64,000 bases of DNA from Octopus sinensis (taxonomy: Eukaryota). The DNA lies in assembly GCF_006345805.1 (NCBI RefSeq), contig NC_043003.1, positions 116,560,001-116,624,000 on the forward strand. The letters run 5' to 3'. The notes below the pieces were generated by a model. It worked only from the letters and a program-made list of their open reading frames with translations. It had not been told where the DNA came from and did not search any database. The position numbers were made by a program, and so were the translations under genes. The stretch's first letter is position 1, and each line of letters opens with the position of its first letter. This document shows positions 1 to 13,089 of the stretch, in pieces.

Positions 1-264
1 CAGTCCTCTTTTAATGGTCATCATAAATACCAGACATATCAGTTGGGAGAAGTATACAGAATCGCCATATCGTATGGTCACTAATTGCATCTACTTAGTT
101 TCTGTGTTCCAGTCCTTACGATCAGACATTGCACTTCGGCCTTTCTGGGGTTCGATAGAGTGTTTGATTATCAAATACTGAAGGTTAATATAACTCTCCC
201 CCTTTACCCATAACAATCGTGTAGCTGCACCATTTCGTTTTACCAGTTATGACCTTCTCCTTAA

Positions 265-642
265 GCACTCCGTCGGTTACGACGGCGAGGGTTCCGGTTG
301 ATCAGAATCAACGGAACAGCCTGCTCGTGAAATTAACGTGTAAGTGGCTGAGCACTCCACAGACACGTGTACCCTTAACGTAGTTCTCGGGGATATTCAG
401 CGTGACACAGAGAGTGACAAGGCCGGCCCTTTGAAATACAGGTACAACAGAAACAGGAAGTAAGAGTGAGAGAAAGTTGTGGTGAAAGAGTACAGCAGGG
501 ATCACCACCATCCCCTGCCGAAGCCTCGTGGAGCTTTTAGGTGTTTTCGCTCAATAAACACTCACAACGCCCGGTCTGGGAATCGAAACCGCGATCCCAT
601 GACCGCGAGTCCGCTGCCCTAACCACTGGGCCATTGCTCCTC
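265..642 (-). mobile_element. tRNA-derived SINE, family A (full length)
   Basis: Minus strand starts GGAGGAGCAATGGCCCAGTGGTTAGGGCAGCGGACTCGCGG...GGTTTCGATTCCCAGACC (A/B boxes); body matches the copies at 3.8 kb and 29.4 kb. Confidence 0.85.
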
Positions 643-1092
643 CACTTTACCAGTTATAATCAGTGGTGTCAAAGCAGATGCGGAATACCAGGAGCGAAGA
701 ATAAAAAAAAGGGAAGTGGAAGAAACATGTAGAAATGGTGAGCAGAAATGAAAACTACTCTCGAACGGAAGCATGAATATGCGTCTTCCCACCAGGCACT
801 TGTTATCTTTTTTAGGTCCCTTATTAGGTTTGGTTGTTTTTTCCTCGTCGCCGTCATTACCAGATCTTCAGACGATTTACCTTGAAAGATTTGTTAACTG
901 TAATAAGGGCATATTTAAGTTACATACATACTCACAGCACCAAGGCTGGCAACGGGAACTTTACAGGTTTCGGAAGCATTTCGAAAGCTCGCTCTTTCCC
1001 CAATGTCTTTCAGATATTGCAGCTAAAGGTTGAGGCACATCAGAAGATCTTTCAATGGCGGCATAATAACCATTTATCTGCCAATACTCTCT

Positions 1093-1316
1093 TTACTCTT
1101 TACACTTTTACTTGTTTCAGTCATTTGACTGTGGCCATGCTGGAGCACCACCTTTAGTCGAGCAAATCGACCCCGGGATTTTTCTTTGTAAGCCCAGTAC
1201 ATATTCTATCGGTCTCTTTTTGCCGAACCGCTAAGTGACGGGGACATGAACACACCAGCATCGGTTGTCAAGCGATGGTGGGGGGAGGGACAAACACAGA
1301 CACACAAACACACACA

Positions 1317-1354
<38 letters not shown>

Positions 1355-1520
1355 TACGACGGGCTTCTTTCATTTTCTGTCTACCAAATCCACTCTCAAG
1401 ACTTTGGTCGGCCCGAGACTATAGCAGAAGACATTTGCCCAAGGTTCCACGCAGTGGGACTGAACCCGGAACCATGTGGTTGGTAAGCAAGCTACTTACC
1501 ACACAGCCACTCCTGCGCCT
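1093..1520 (-). mobile_element. tRNA-derived SINE, family B (CORE-like), internal (TA)n(TG)n
   Basis: Head GGCGCAGGAGTGGCTGTGTGGTAAG...GGTTCAGTCCC, central TTGGGCAAATGTCTTCTGCTATAG, tail TGACTGAAACAAGTAAAAG; about 12 copies in the window. Confidence 0.9.
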
Positions 1521-1888
1521 ATACTATGTATTGATTTGTGAAAAAACTTATAAAGGCTGAGATAAATGTGACAAATGAATGTGATATTTAATTGTTATGA
1601 ATTTCCGAGACTTCCATTCCCTCTTCTTTTTCGAATTCGTAAAAACTGAGAAAATAGAGATTTGCTGATTCATAGTGGTGAATAAAACAATCAATTCCAC
1701 TCAACACCATCTAATTGATGAGACGAGTTCCTGATATGTTAATTAAAAAAAAAAAAACAATCTAACTTACCTCCCACCTTCATCTATCCATCACCGCTTG
1801 TCATAAAGATTTGTTCTTCTAAATTTAAAATGTACAAACTAGACGTGGTGATGGAACATACAAGAGTCATATCTACATACATAAATTA

Positions 1889-2104
1889 GACGGTGAGCTG
1901 GCAGAGTTGTTAGCACGCCGGACAAAATGTTTTGCCTTATTTCGTCCGTTTTTACGTTCTGAATTCAAATTCCACCGAGATCGACTTTGCCTTTCATTGC
2001 TACGATTCGATCGATAAAATAAGCACGACTTGAGCACTGGGGTCGATCTAATCGACTTACTCTCTACCCCGAAATTACTGGCCTTGTGCTAAAATTTGAA
2101 ACCA
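1889..2104 (+). mobile_element. tRNA-derived SINE, family C (Nin/Deu-like central domain)
   Basis: GACGGTGAGCTGGCAGAG...GAATTCAAATTCC...GACTTTGCCTTTCAT; matches the other family C copies. Confidence 0.8.
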
Positions 2105-2169
2105 ACATTTACATGCATACATATATGAGTGCGTGCGTGTTTGTGTGTAGAAACTCATGCCAATACACA

Positions 2170-2560
2170 TGCGCGTATATATGCATACATACATACCTAC
2201 ATACATACATACATACATACATACTACATACATACATACATACATGCATACATTCATACTTACATACACACATGCATACATACATACATACATACATACA
2301 TACATACGTACGTACATACATACATACATGCATGCATACATACATACATACATACACACATACGTACATACATACATGCATACATACATACATACATGCA
2401 TACATACATACATACATGCACGCATACATACATACATACATACATACATGCATACATACACACATACATACATACATACATACATACATACATACATACA
2501 CACACATACATACATACATACATGTATACATACATACATACATGCGTACGTACATAAATT
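2170..2560. repeat. Degenerate (CATA)n microsatellite
   Basis: Direct tandem repeat; explains the overlapping YVCM/HTYI ORFs. Confidence 0.95.
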
Positions 2561-3457
2561 TATGTATGTATGTGTATATATTTGTGTGTGTATAGAATCT
2601 TATGAAAGAAACAAATTATAAATAAGGAATAATTGCTATTGAAACGTCGAAATACATTCAAAACAAACACACACACAAAGGATTACAAATCTCTAGTTAA
2701 AAATACCATCATTTCCAAACAGTGGGTCGCATAAAACTCTAATAGATTCGTCTGGGGAAATTTGCACCAACATATCTGATAGAGGATTCCTTTTTTATTT
2801 TATTATTTGATAAATTCTTATCGTACATCCATATATATTTTACTGTATCTTGTCTCATCCTTACAATATTCTCTATCATAACAACGATTGCTGCTACAGT
2901 TGTTGTTGTTGTTGTTATCATTATACATATTTTTTCTAATGTATATAGATAAATCATTCAGTTATTAAATGAATCTGACAGATTCAAACTAATATACAAG
3001 GCCAAAATCTGAAATCTCTTGCGTAGTTGCCAGAATTGCTGCAATGTTCAGCATACAAAAGGATAAAAGACCAAGAAAAAGGATTAAACAAATGATATCA
3101 AGCAAACAGACAAAAGAATGTAGAAAAATACAATCAAATTTCACCCAAACAAAATACATTTATTGTTTGTTATCCATTGTATACAAAGCTGTAAATTTGT
3201 CAAGTAAAGTGTATGGGACGCTAAGAAAATTATCATATATTTGTACGTAGCAAAAAATCTATGTATACTGTAAATAACGTGTCGTGATATAAGCAATGTT
3301 GTTATGTGTGTGTGTGTGTGTGTGTGTATTTATATATGCTCATATACTTATGAATACATATATATGCATATATATTTATGCATATGTATACATGTATATA
3401 TACTTACATATATAAACACACGCACTCCCCATATACATAATATATATATATATATAT

Positions 3458-3504
<47 letters not shown>

Positions 3505-3834
3505 ATATATATAGATATATATATATTATATATATAAAGACGTAGACGTATATGTGAATGGACGTGGCCTTTTTAATTTTACAGTTTTACAGTCACGTTC
3601 TTCAAATCGTAGATCGCGGTTTCGGCTCCTGGAAAGAATGGTGCATTGTGTTGATAACCAAAAGATTCCATTTCACAACTGATACTCCTTCGAAATGGCA
3701 TGCCGTACATGTGTATACGCAGTGCAGAATTAATAGAGAGAGCGAGTACAACACAAACATTTAGACACTTGAACAAATTTTCGGTGCAGATTGTTCAGCA
3801 AGTGTTTGAGGAAAGCTTGTCTTGTGGTACTCCG

Positions 3835-4152
3835 TCGATGGAGACGAGGACTCCAGTTGATCCGTTCAACGAAACAACCAGCTTGTGAAATTAACGTATA
3901 AGTGGCTGAGCACTCTACAGACTCGTGTACCCTTACAGTAGTTCTCGGGGAGATTCAGCGTGACACAGAGTGTGACAAGAGTGTAACAGGTAGAACAGAA
4001 ACAGGAAGAAAGAGTGAGAGACAGCTGTCGTGAAAGAATACAGCAGGGTTCGCCACCACCCCCTGCCAAAGCCTCATGGAGCCTTAGGTCTTTTCGCTCA
4101 ATAAGCACTCACAACGCCCGGCCTGGGAATCGAAACCGCGATCCATAGCCGC
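3835..4152 (-). mobile_element. SINE family A, partial and diverged
   Basis: Colinear with 265-642 and 29363-29747. Confidence 0.8.
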
Positions 4153-4424
4153 TTTTCGTCCGGGTTCTTTTATATTTTGAGTTCAAATCCCGTCGAAATT
4201 ACCTTTGTCTCTCATCGCTTTGCGGTCGGTAAAATACATTAAGCAACAGCAAACACTGGAGTCGATGTAGTTGATTAGATCTTTCTCCTCAGAAATTGCT
4301 AGCCTTGAACCCTGCAACCGACCCACGTCCCATTCTGGGGAAATGCAGTGATATCGATTATCTATACGCAATGGAAACTGGGTAACCAGTTTGATGAGTC
4401 ATGATGTTCTAGAAAAAGAAAATG

Positions 4425-4770
4425 TATGGCAACTTGGGCAAATGTTTTCTCTTATAGCCTCGATCTGACCAAAGAGTTGTGAGTGGATTTAGTATATGAA
4501 AACTGAGAGAAGCCCGTCGTATGTGTGTGTGTGTGTATGCGTGTGTGTGTGCGTGTTTGTGTATGTCTCCCATCCATCGTTTGACAACCGATGCTGGTGT
4601 GTTTACGGCCCTGTAACTTAGCGGTTCGGCAAAAGGACGATAGAATAAGTACTAGGCTTACAAAGAATAAGTCCTGCGGTCGATTTGCTCGACTAAAGGC
4701 GGTGCTCCAATATGGCTGCAGTCAAATGACTGAAATAAGTAAAAGAATAAAAGAATAAAAGAATAAAATA
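4425..4770 (+). mobile_element. SINE family B, 5'-truncated
   Basis: Central domain, internal (TG)n, 3' half and (AAAAGAAT)n tail. Confidence 0.8.
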
Positions 4771-5194
4771 ATATATCTATATATTACATACACAGAAATA
4801 TACACTCACACATGCACACACGTGTGTGTTTGTGTGTGTGTATGTGTGTGTGTGTGTGTTTCTGCTTTTGTGTGAGAGTGAGTGTGAGAGCGTGTTGTAC
4901 GTACGATGTATATTTGTGCATACCTTCAAGATTCGCCAGTCACAAGTCGATGGTTTTCATTGTTAGTTCTCAGGCATTGAATGACGTGGAATTTGCAAGT
5001 TTTCTGATACACAACGGAATGAGTTTACTCCTTTCCAAACGACATCCATAAACTTAAGACTGGAGCAAATATCCTTTTCTTTTCTCGGAGAATATGGTCG
5101 ACTATTACTCTTTAAGCAAATTAATAACGATATTATCAGTTTTAATTTATTGTCTGCGATCTTTACTATTCTCAATTCGCATACTCTCTATTAT

Positions 5195-5470
5195 CTATCA
5201 TTTCTTTCAGAGATTAGCCTGCGGCAAGTTTGGCGCACCACCTTGGAGAACTTTATTCCAACGAATCGTGCCCAGTATTTAATTTTCTTTTCTTAAGCCT
5301 TGTAGTTATTCGATCGCTTTCTTTAGCTCTGCCGTTAAGTTACGGGGAAGTAAGCAAACCAATAACAGTAGTGGGGGTAGAAGCACAGACACAAAGAAAC
5401 ACACACACACACAAATGTATATATGTACACGACGGGCTTCTTTCAGTTTCCGTCTCGCAAAGCCTTTCAC
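5195..5470 (-). mobile_element. SINE family B, degenerate
   Basis: GACGGGCTTCTTTCAGTTTCCG and GCACCACCTT motifs shared with family B. Confidence 0.65.
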
Positions 5471-5544
5471 AAGGCTTTTACACGCTTGATTATCTGCATA
5501 TGTGACTGAGATTATATTAGGCTTTCATATCTTCGCACAAGGCC

Positions 5545-5735
5545 AACCTTTTTGAAGGGTGGGGCAAAACGATTGCATCGATCCTAATGCTCAACTGGGG
5601 CTTATTTTATCGACCTCGAGTGAATGAAAGGCAACGTCTACTTCGGCTGAATTTGAACTGAGAAAGTAAAGACGGACTAAATGCTGCGAAGTGTATCGCC
5701 CGGGTTGCCAACGATTCTGCCAGCTCACCGCCTTT
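5545..5735 (-). mobile_element. SINE family C, degenerate
   Basis: GAATTTGAACTGAG...CTGCCAGCTCACCGCC shared with family C. Confidence 0.7.
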
Positions 5736-5848
5736 ATGCGTATCAACCTTACAAAAACTGGTGCAGGGGAGGGGGTTCAGTTCAAGAAATAGGAAATAAA
5801 TCGATTTAGCAGTTGAAATAGAAGTAGATGAAGCTATTTGGTTTTTGA

Positions 5849-6065
5849 ATTTGGTTTGCAAGATTCTTTATATGAGTTCGTGTGTTGAAGCATATTCCGT
5901 TGTTTCTGGGGAGAGTCATTTTCTTTTTGTGCCTTATAATAAGACTATTGAATAGGTTGCAAGACGCAACGAAAATTTTAGAAAAATAAAAATAAGAAAT
6001 AAGTGGGAATTTTACCGGTGCGTGTGTTAAATTATAAGGCACAAAAAGGAAATGACTCTCCCCAG
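5849..6065. repeat. Tail-to-tail inverted pair of a repeat terminal module (also at 42.6 kb)
   Basis: CTGGGGAGAGTCATTTTCTTTTTGTGCCTTATAAT (5906-5940) is inverted at about 6030-6065; the same module is at 42617-42840. Confidence 0.7.
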
Positions 6066-7634
6066 TCACAGTAGATGAGGCTATAAATAGTAGAATATCC
6101 AGTTAAAAATACTCTGGGCAGTAAAACGTTGATGGCTGCCCGAGGGACACGAACACACATCTGTTAAGATGGCAGACGTGCAACCATTGTAGCAAGAGAA
6201 CCATTCGAATTCTGTCAAAAGATTTTAGGAAGTGTTATTGTTAAGAAAGAGAATTGTATATTGTTTAGATTTAAATAATTGTAAATTGTTCGCACTTACA
6301 CACACAGACACACGTACATATATATGCATGTACATATAGATACACAGTCATCTAGATAGACATACAGAGGGAAAGAGAGAGAGGGGGAATGGGGGAAAGA
6401 GATGGATTAAGATATGTAGATATAAACATGAAGAATACAAATGGCACCACTACGACCACGTAATTTCGGAGACGACCGAGAAGATTTCTAAATAATAGAT
6501 ATAAAACCATTATTCTTCTAAATGCAAAGTATCATTAGGGCGTGTGTGTGTGTGTGTGTGTGTGTGTACGTATGCGCACACACACAAATACACACACACA
6601 CATATATATATATAATGCAATATAGCTTGTGTGTGTGTTGGGGCAATGGGTAAGATGTAAATATTTCGTTCGTTATTTATTAGAGACGTCTGAATCATAT
6701 GTCATTTGTAATTTCTTCTTGCCCTGAACCTATACACAATGTTAGCTGAATTACTCTGGTATTTGCGGGGTCAAAAGATTAAGGTTGAGAAGAGAATATA
6801 TTATTGTGCTTGAGAAATAATAAATAGTTGTTAATAATCTTACAATTTATAAGCCATTGAATGTGCAATTATCTTGTGAAACTAAGAAAACCAATTCACT
6901 TTTCAAACCAGACAATCTGAGGTCAAACGTCACTGGATACCTAGATCTACATATAAATATATACCCTGCTGTAAGAGAAAGAAGTGGAAATCAGAAAAAA
7001 AAAAATGAATTTGGGAATTAGACAGAGTGAAAAAATATGTGACGGGATTTTTTGCTCGATTTTTATTCTTAAATTTGTATTTCATTCGTAATATTTTAGC
7101 CTATTAGTTTCTGATCTTTGCCAGTGACCTCTACTCAGGATAAATTATGATTTGGATTTGGAATCGAAATTTTTGATGTTATCTTATCTAATATTTTGTT
7201 TTCGTATGCGCATAGAATGGCAAGAATCATTAAAGTAGATAAAAGATAGATGATTTACGATTAAATATTTCTAATCATGACCCCGTGATCTCCAACACAA
7301 TCTTGACACCAATCCATACACTTACCCTCCTTTGTAATTTTCAGAGAAAATTACAGCAGAAGACTCATATGTGGATACTGATAGTCTTTGATCTATCTTC
7401 TACTTATTTATTTATCTTGCCAGCAATCTTCCTCTTTCTATCTCGCCCTATCTCTCTCACTCTCTCTCTCACGCCCTATCTCTCTCTCTCCATATTTCTA
7501 TATGCGCATGTATATGTACATGCATATATGTATGCAATTTCATAAGCATGTATACATAACACCAAGCAATACGTCAGTAAAGGGAAGCTATATTAGTCAA
7601 GGCTTATATTCTTATATATGTGAATGTGTTTAAA

Positions 7635-7990
<356 letters not shown>

Positions 7991-8289
7991 CATATTTGAA
8001 TGTAGTAGTGTCTGTCTGCTGTTCCATGTTTGTTTTAGAGAGAAAGCATTGATCAATGGTATGGGTTTTGTATAAGTTAAGATACACAAATAAAACAAAC
8101 TGATTAATAACCTAAGTTTGTAAATTAAGTTGCCGTCTGTTGTTTTATTGCCAGTCTTGAAATATTCAATTAGTTATCAGCTGTAATTATTTACACTGTG
8201 TTGTAATAATTAGAAACATAATATCAAACGTAATTATAGTCTTTATCATCCCTAAGCATTACTACATGCAGCTAATATTATTATTATAA

Positions 8290-8291
8290 TA

Positions 8292-8364
<73 letters not shown>

Positions 8365-8400
8365 AAGAAGAAAAACAAGAAGAAAATGAGGATGAGAAGA
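8290..8400. repeat. Compound (TAA)n(GAA)n microsatellite
   Basis: Direct tandem repeat. Confidence 0.9.
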
Positions 8401-8684
8401 AGGAAAATAAGAGAAAGGGAGATAACAGCTTTAATTCATGCAACAATGGTTTCTGGCAAAAGGCCAGAAATTTTAAAGATGGGGAGGCGGGGGTCAGTTT
8501 GTCACTTCAATTCCAGTCCTCAACTGGTTGTATATTTTACCGACCACCACCCCGCTCAATACGCGACTGGTTCTATAAATTATCAACCCAGAGGTGTGAA
8601 ATGCAAAGTTAGCTTCGGCAGGATCTTGGTATTAGGGGACAAAGGGTGTGGAAAATGTCTGTTTGTAAATTCACTATGCTACGT

Positions 8685-8697
8685 AGTAGTAGTAGTG

Positions 8698-8759
<62 letters not shown>

Positions 8760-8760
8760 T
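8685..8760. repeat. (TAG)n microsatellite
   Basis: Direct tandem repeat. Confidence 0.95.
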
Positions 8761-9724
8761 ATAACGTGGTTGCCTTCGTCGCTGGTCGACGGTATAATAG
8801 AGACAGCATCTTAACCACCTCTGCTCTACCTGGGCAGTTACCAGAAAAAAGTGCCCAGTCAAGTCCACTAAGACCTCACCTGTCATGGTTGCATTATGCA
8901 AGAAAGCTGAGTCAAAAGCGTCTGCAATCCTCAAGACCTCCTACAGAATGCCAGATATTCATTAAATTCAACCGTGCATACCTACCTGTAAGTCCGTCCC
9001 TCTGAATTTTCTGTAAGGGATTTCACTCTCAGCCTATTTTTTTTTTAAATCAATAAACTACCCTTAATATGGGCTTATTATGATAGTGGGCAAGGCTTTT
9101 GTAGAGCCAGTGCCACTCTCTCGACCATAATACAAATACCATGAGACCATTAGTTATCAGAATGCAGGATTTGTATAGAGTTACCTTCTCTTAGATGATC
9201 CAGAGGGCTTCTTCTACCCTGGGCCCATTGGGATGATTGCGCGTGAGTTTCTTCCGGAATCAGTTCCCTGATTCGCTAGTTGACCCATATCTGGGACCTT
9301 GACAGGTGATAGACCTGGGAGAATAGAGACCAAGAGATAGTTCCATATTCCTCAAACCTCTGGAAGTCCCGAAACAGAGCCCCAATCCCCAATTAAGGTG
9401 TTACCCGGTAGTAATGTTAAACCAGGTTTTCCTGGAAACTATCGATGCTCCCTGGCTTGAAGAGCTTCCGGAAAAGACAAACTACTTGACTTTCACACAC
9501 GTCCAGGGGTCAACCCCAAAACTTGTCGCTTTTACACACCACTAATTTTCTATTGAAGTCTATAATGGAATATTCACCGACTCCATTGCTCGAGGGCGCG
9601 CCTCATGGTCTGCATGATCCTGTACTGTAGCACTAAGAAGGAGTCAACCTGCGGAAAAGCGTGTGGAACATACAACAGCAACAACAAAAACATCAACAAT
9701 AGTACAACAATGACTATAATAATA

Positions 9725-10585
9725 ATGCTTTCAAATTTAACACAAGGCCAGCAACTTCGCGTCGGGGGTGAATCGATTACATTGACCCTAGTATTTAACT
9801 CGTATTTATTTTATCGACCCGGAAGGAAAGGCAAAGTTAACCTCGGTGGAACCTGAACTCTGAGCGTAAAGGCGGATGAAATGCCGGTTAACATTTCGTC
9901 CGGCGTGTTAAGGGTTCTGCTAGCTCGTCACCTTAATAGTAAGAATAATTCTTTCTACTAAAAGTACGAGACCTGAAATTTCGGGGGAAGGGCTAGTCGA
10001 TTATATCGACTCCAGTACGTGACTGGTACTCATTTCATCGAAGCTAAAAGGATGAAATGCAAAGTCGACCTCGGCGGAATTTGAACTCGGAACGTAGCAG
10101 CAGATGAAATACCACTAAGAATTTTGTCCAGCGTGCTAACGATTCTGCCAGCTCACCACCTTCCGTCACCTTAATAATAATGATAATCCTTTCTATTATA
10201 AACACAAGGCCTGAAGGTGAGGAGACTAGTCGATTATATCGTCCCCAGTGCTTCACTGGTACTTAATCTATCGACCCCGAATGGATGAAAGGCAATGTCA
10301 ACCTCGGCGGAATTTGAACTCAGAACGTAGAAACAGACGAAATACCTATTTCTTTACTACCCACAAGGAGCTAAACACAGAGAGGACAAACAAGAACAGA
10401 CAAACTGATTAAGTCTATTATATCGATCCCAGTGCGTAACTGGTACTTATTTAATCGAACCCGAAAGGATAAAAGGCAAGGTCGAACACGGCGGAATTTG
10501 AACTCAGAACGTAGCGGCAGACGAAATACCGCTAAGCATTTCTCCCAGCGTGCTAACGATTCTACCAGCTCGCCGCCTTCCGTCG
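9725..10585 (-). mobile_element. Four co-oriented SINE family C copies in tandem
   Basis: Units at about 9725-9935, 9950-10165, 10190-10340 and 10341-10585, each with GAA(T/C)(T/C)TGAACTC and, where complete, C(T/A)GC(C/T)AGCTC; linked by (AAT)n-rich spacers. Confidence 0.85.
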
Positions 10586-11104
10586 TCTTCATAATAATGC
10601 TAATAGCAACGTTTTCTTCATTTTTCTTCCTGCGAACCCTTTTTCGTCCCAATCTTTTATTCATTAATGTATTTATTCCTTCATTCTTTAGCGTTGTTTA
10701 AAGCCTGGCGTATATAACAGTTAGAAAAGAGTATACATAGCCGTTAGAAAGTGTTTTATATTGCACCATGGACACAAATAGTTTCATTTTATAAATTATT
10801 TGGGTGTCTGTCATAATATTGTCATTCGGTGACTGTCCCCCTTCTCTCTCTGTGAGCGCGCACCCTTCCGTTTATGCTTGAATATGCTTTCGGATGTTTC
10901 CGTTGTCTAATACTTATATCCTAATTTATTGATCATGTTTGCATCGTGGTTGTTTTTATTATATATTTAGTAAAGTTTGTTACTTTCATTGGGTGTATGG
11001 CTGTAAATATGCATAAGTATGTGTATGTGTGTCTGGGTAAATACATACCTAAATATATCTATATGCGTGTGCGTTTGCGTGTATGTTTGTGTTTATGTAT
11101 GTAT

Positions 11105-11153
<49 letters not shown>

Positions 11154-11195
11154 TGTATGTATGTATGTATGTATGTATGTATGTATGTATGCATA

Positions 11196-11252
<57 letters not shown>

Positions 11253-11320
11253 GTATATATATATATATATGTATATATGTATATATATATATATATGTAT
11301 GTATATATATATATATATAG
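11105..11320. repeat. (TA)n/(TATG)n microsatellite
   Basis: Direct tandem repeat. Confidence 0.95.
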
Positions 11321-11922
11321 AAAGAGAAAGAGACATGGTTTATGAAATAATCTATGCATGTTTTGAAGCATAGGAATATAATCTTACATATCAGACCACT
11401 TCCTCTCAAAAATAAAAAAGATAAGAGAACAGATATGAAAAAATATGCAAAAACAAATCTCTAAACAGTAGCTAAAGAAGCGAGGTTGACATTAGGATGG
11501 CTCCTAGATTTATTGTATGTCCCAAGAAATCTGCCACGTGGATATAAGTAGCTAATGTAAATCTATTCTCCATTGAAACGTTGTCAGACGGGGAGATCTC
11601 TAAGAAACAGAATGGTTGGTTGTTATGCACCGGTAATTTGTAACGGGCGAGGCTTTCAGTGTCACATCTGTCCACGAGATTTACTAATCTCACAAACGTC
11701 ATGTGATTAATTAAACATTTGATGGGTTGACATTGTGGAGAGGTCACCTGGGTAGCTTTCCAACCGGAAATTATGCTGGTTGTCATATATCAGAAAATTT
11801 TAAGAATAACTGAATACAACGGCCAAAGAAGAAACGAACATTGTCATTTTGCAGCAGAAACCTACACAAATATAATCATATAGACATCATCCCATTAATA
11901 AATACACACTTTCATATTTACA

Positions 11923-11969
<47 letters not shown>

Positions 11970-12152
11970 ATCTACATAATATACATACATAGGTACATTT
12001 GCCTCTAGGCTTTTAAGTAGACAAAATATATATGAATATGTATATATATATAACACATATATATATACATATATATATATATCCATATATATCCATATAT
12101 ATATATGTATCTATGTTTGTATATTTTTGCATGCACACACACACACACACAT

Positions 12153-12201
<49 letters not shown>

Positions 12202-12466
12202 TACATACATACATATATATATACATGCATACATACGTACATATGTGCATACCCAAGCACACATGCCCACTGGCGCAGACACATGCACACAAACAGTCAA
12301 AAGGAACGCAGCTCCGATACCAGACTCCGCTAATATCCATTGACAAGATTGCAAAAGGCAACGAAACTATTTGAAAGAAAACAACTGAAATAATAAATGA
12401 GTCTAAATTGAACCGGTGATTGTGTTAGATATTAAGGCAGTATGACTTTCCCCAGATATACCAAAA

Positions 12467-12556
<90 letters not shown>

Positions 12557-12660
12557 ATATATACATATATCTATACATTTGTATATATATATATGTATAT
12601 ATATATAAATGAATAAATAAATAAATAGAGTTAAACGAAGATGTTAATAAAATTCTTTTA

Positions 12661-12742
12661 CTTTCGACATATGTTTCGAAGACAACATGGTTTTATTCCA
12701 AAGGAATAAACGGTATAAAATGCAATCTTCTCATTAGGAAAG
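12661..12742 (-). ncRNA. Type I hammerhead ribozyme, G5A lesion
   Basis: Minus strand: CTTTC-CTAATGA-GAAGA...TCTTC-GAA-ACATATGT-C-GAAAG; stem I CTTTC/GAAAG, stem II GAAGA/TCTTC, palindromic stem III, GUC site. Confidence 0.65.
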
Positions 12743-12838
12743 AAAGAGAGCCTCTCTCAACAACAAGACATTATAATAATTACGATGACTGCCTACCGTT
12801 ATTGTTATAATGTCTTGTTGTTGAGAGAGGCTCTCTTT

Positions 12839-12920
12839 CTTTCCTGATGAGAAGATTGCATTTTACACAGTTTATTCCTTTGGAATAAAACCATGTTGTC
12901 TTCGAAACATATATCGAAAG
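12839..12920 (+). ncRNA. Type I hammerhead ribozyme, G16.2A lesion
   Basis: CTTTC-CTGATGA-GAAGA...TCTTC-GAA-ACATATAT-C-GAAAG; canonical CUGAUGA core. Confidence 0.7.
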
Positions 12921-13089
12921 TAAAAGAATTTTATTAACATCTTCGTTCAACTCCATTTATTTATTTATTCATTTATAACACACAAACTACTGTACATTAA
13001 CCCGGAGTTTCTACCTTTGGATAGGTCGCTTCAACCGTGTTTCTGACGTGAATTTTGCTACCTTGGTAACGGTTTATTGAATTTTCCAT

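Larger units (their letters stand above)
12604..12977. repeat. Long inverted repeat (about 177-bp arms, about 20-nt spacer); PLE-type inverted terminal repeat
   Basis: 12604-12780 is the reverse complement of 12801-12977 with about 7 mismatches by eye; each arm carries an HHR. Confidence 0.95.

Noticed and set aside
773-1157. Two overlapping ORFs of 86 and 107 codons after a possible acceptor at about 862
   Set aside because: No recognisable domain, non-ATG starts, no convincing donor; one runs into a SINE tail.
2075-2621. Long overlapping ORFs rich in Y/I/H/T/V/C/M here and at 7.6, 11, 18, 44.5 and 58-59 kb
   Set aside because: Translations of (CATA)n/(TA)n/(TG)n microsatellites, which lack stop codons in several frames.
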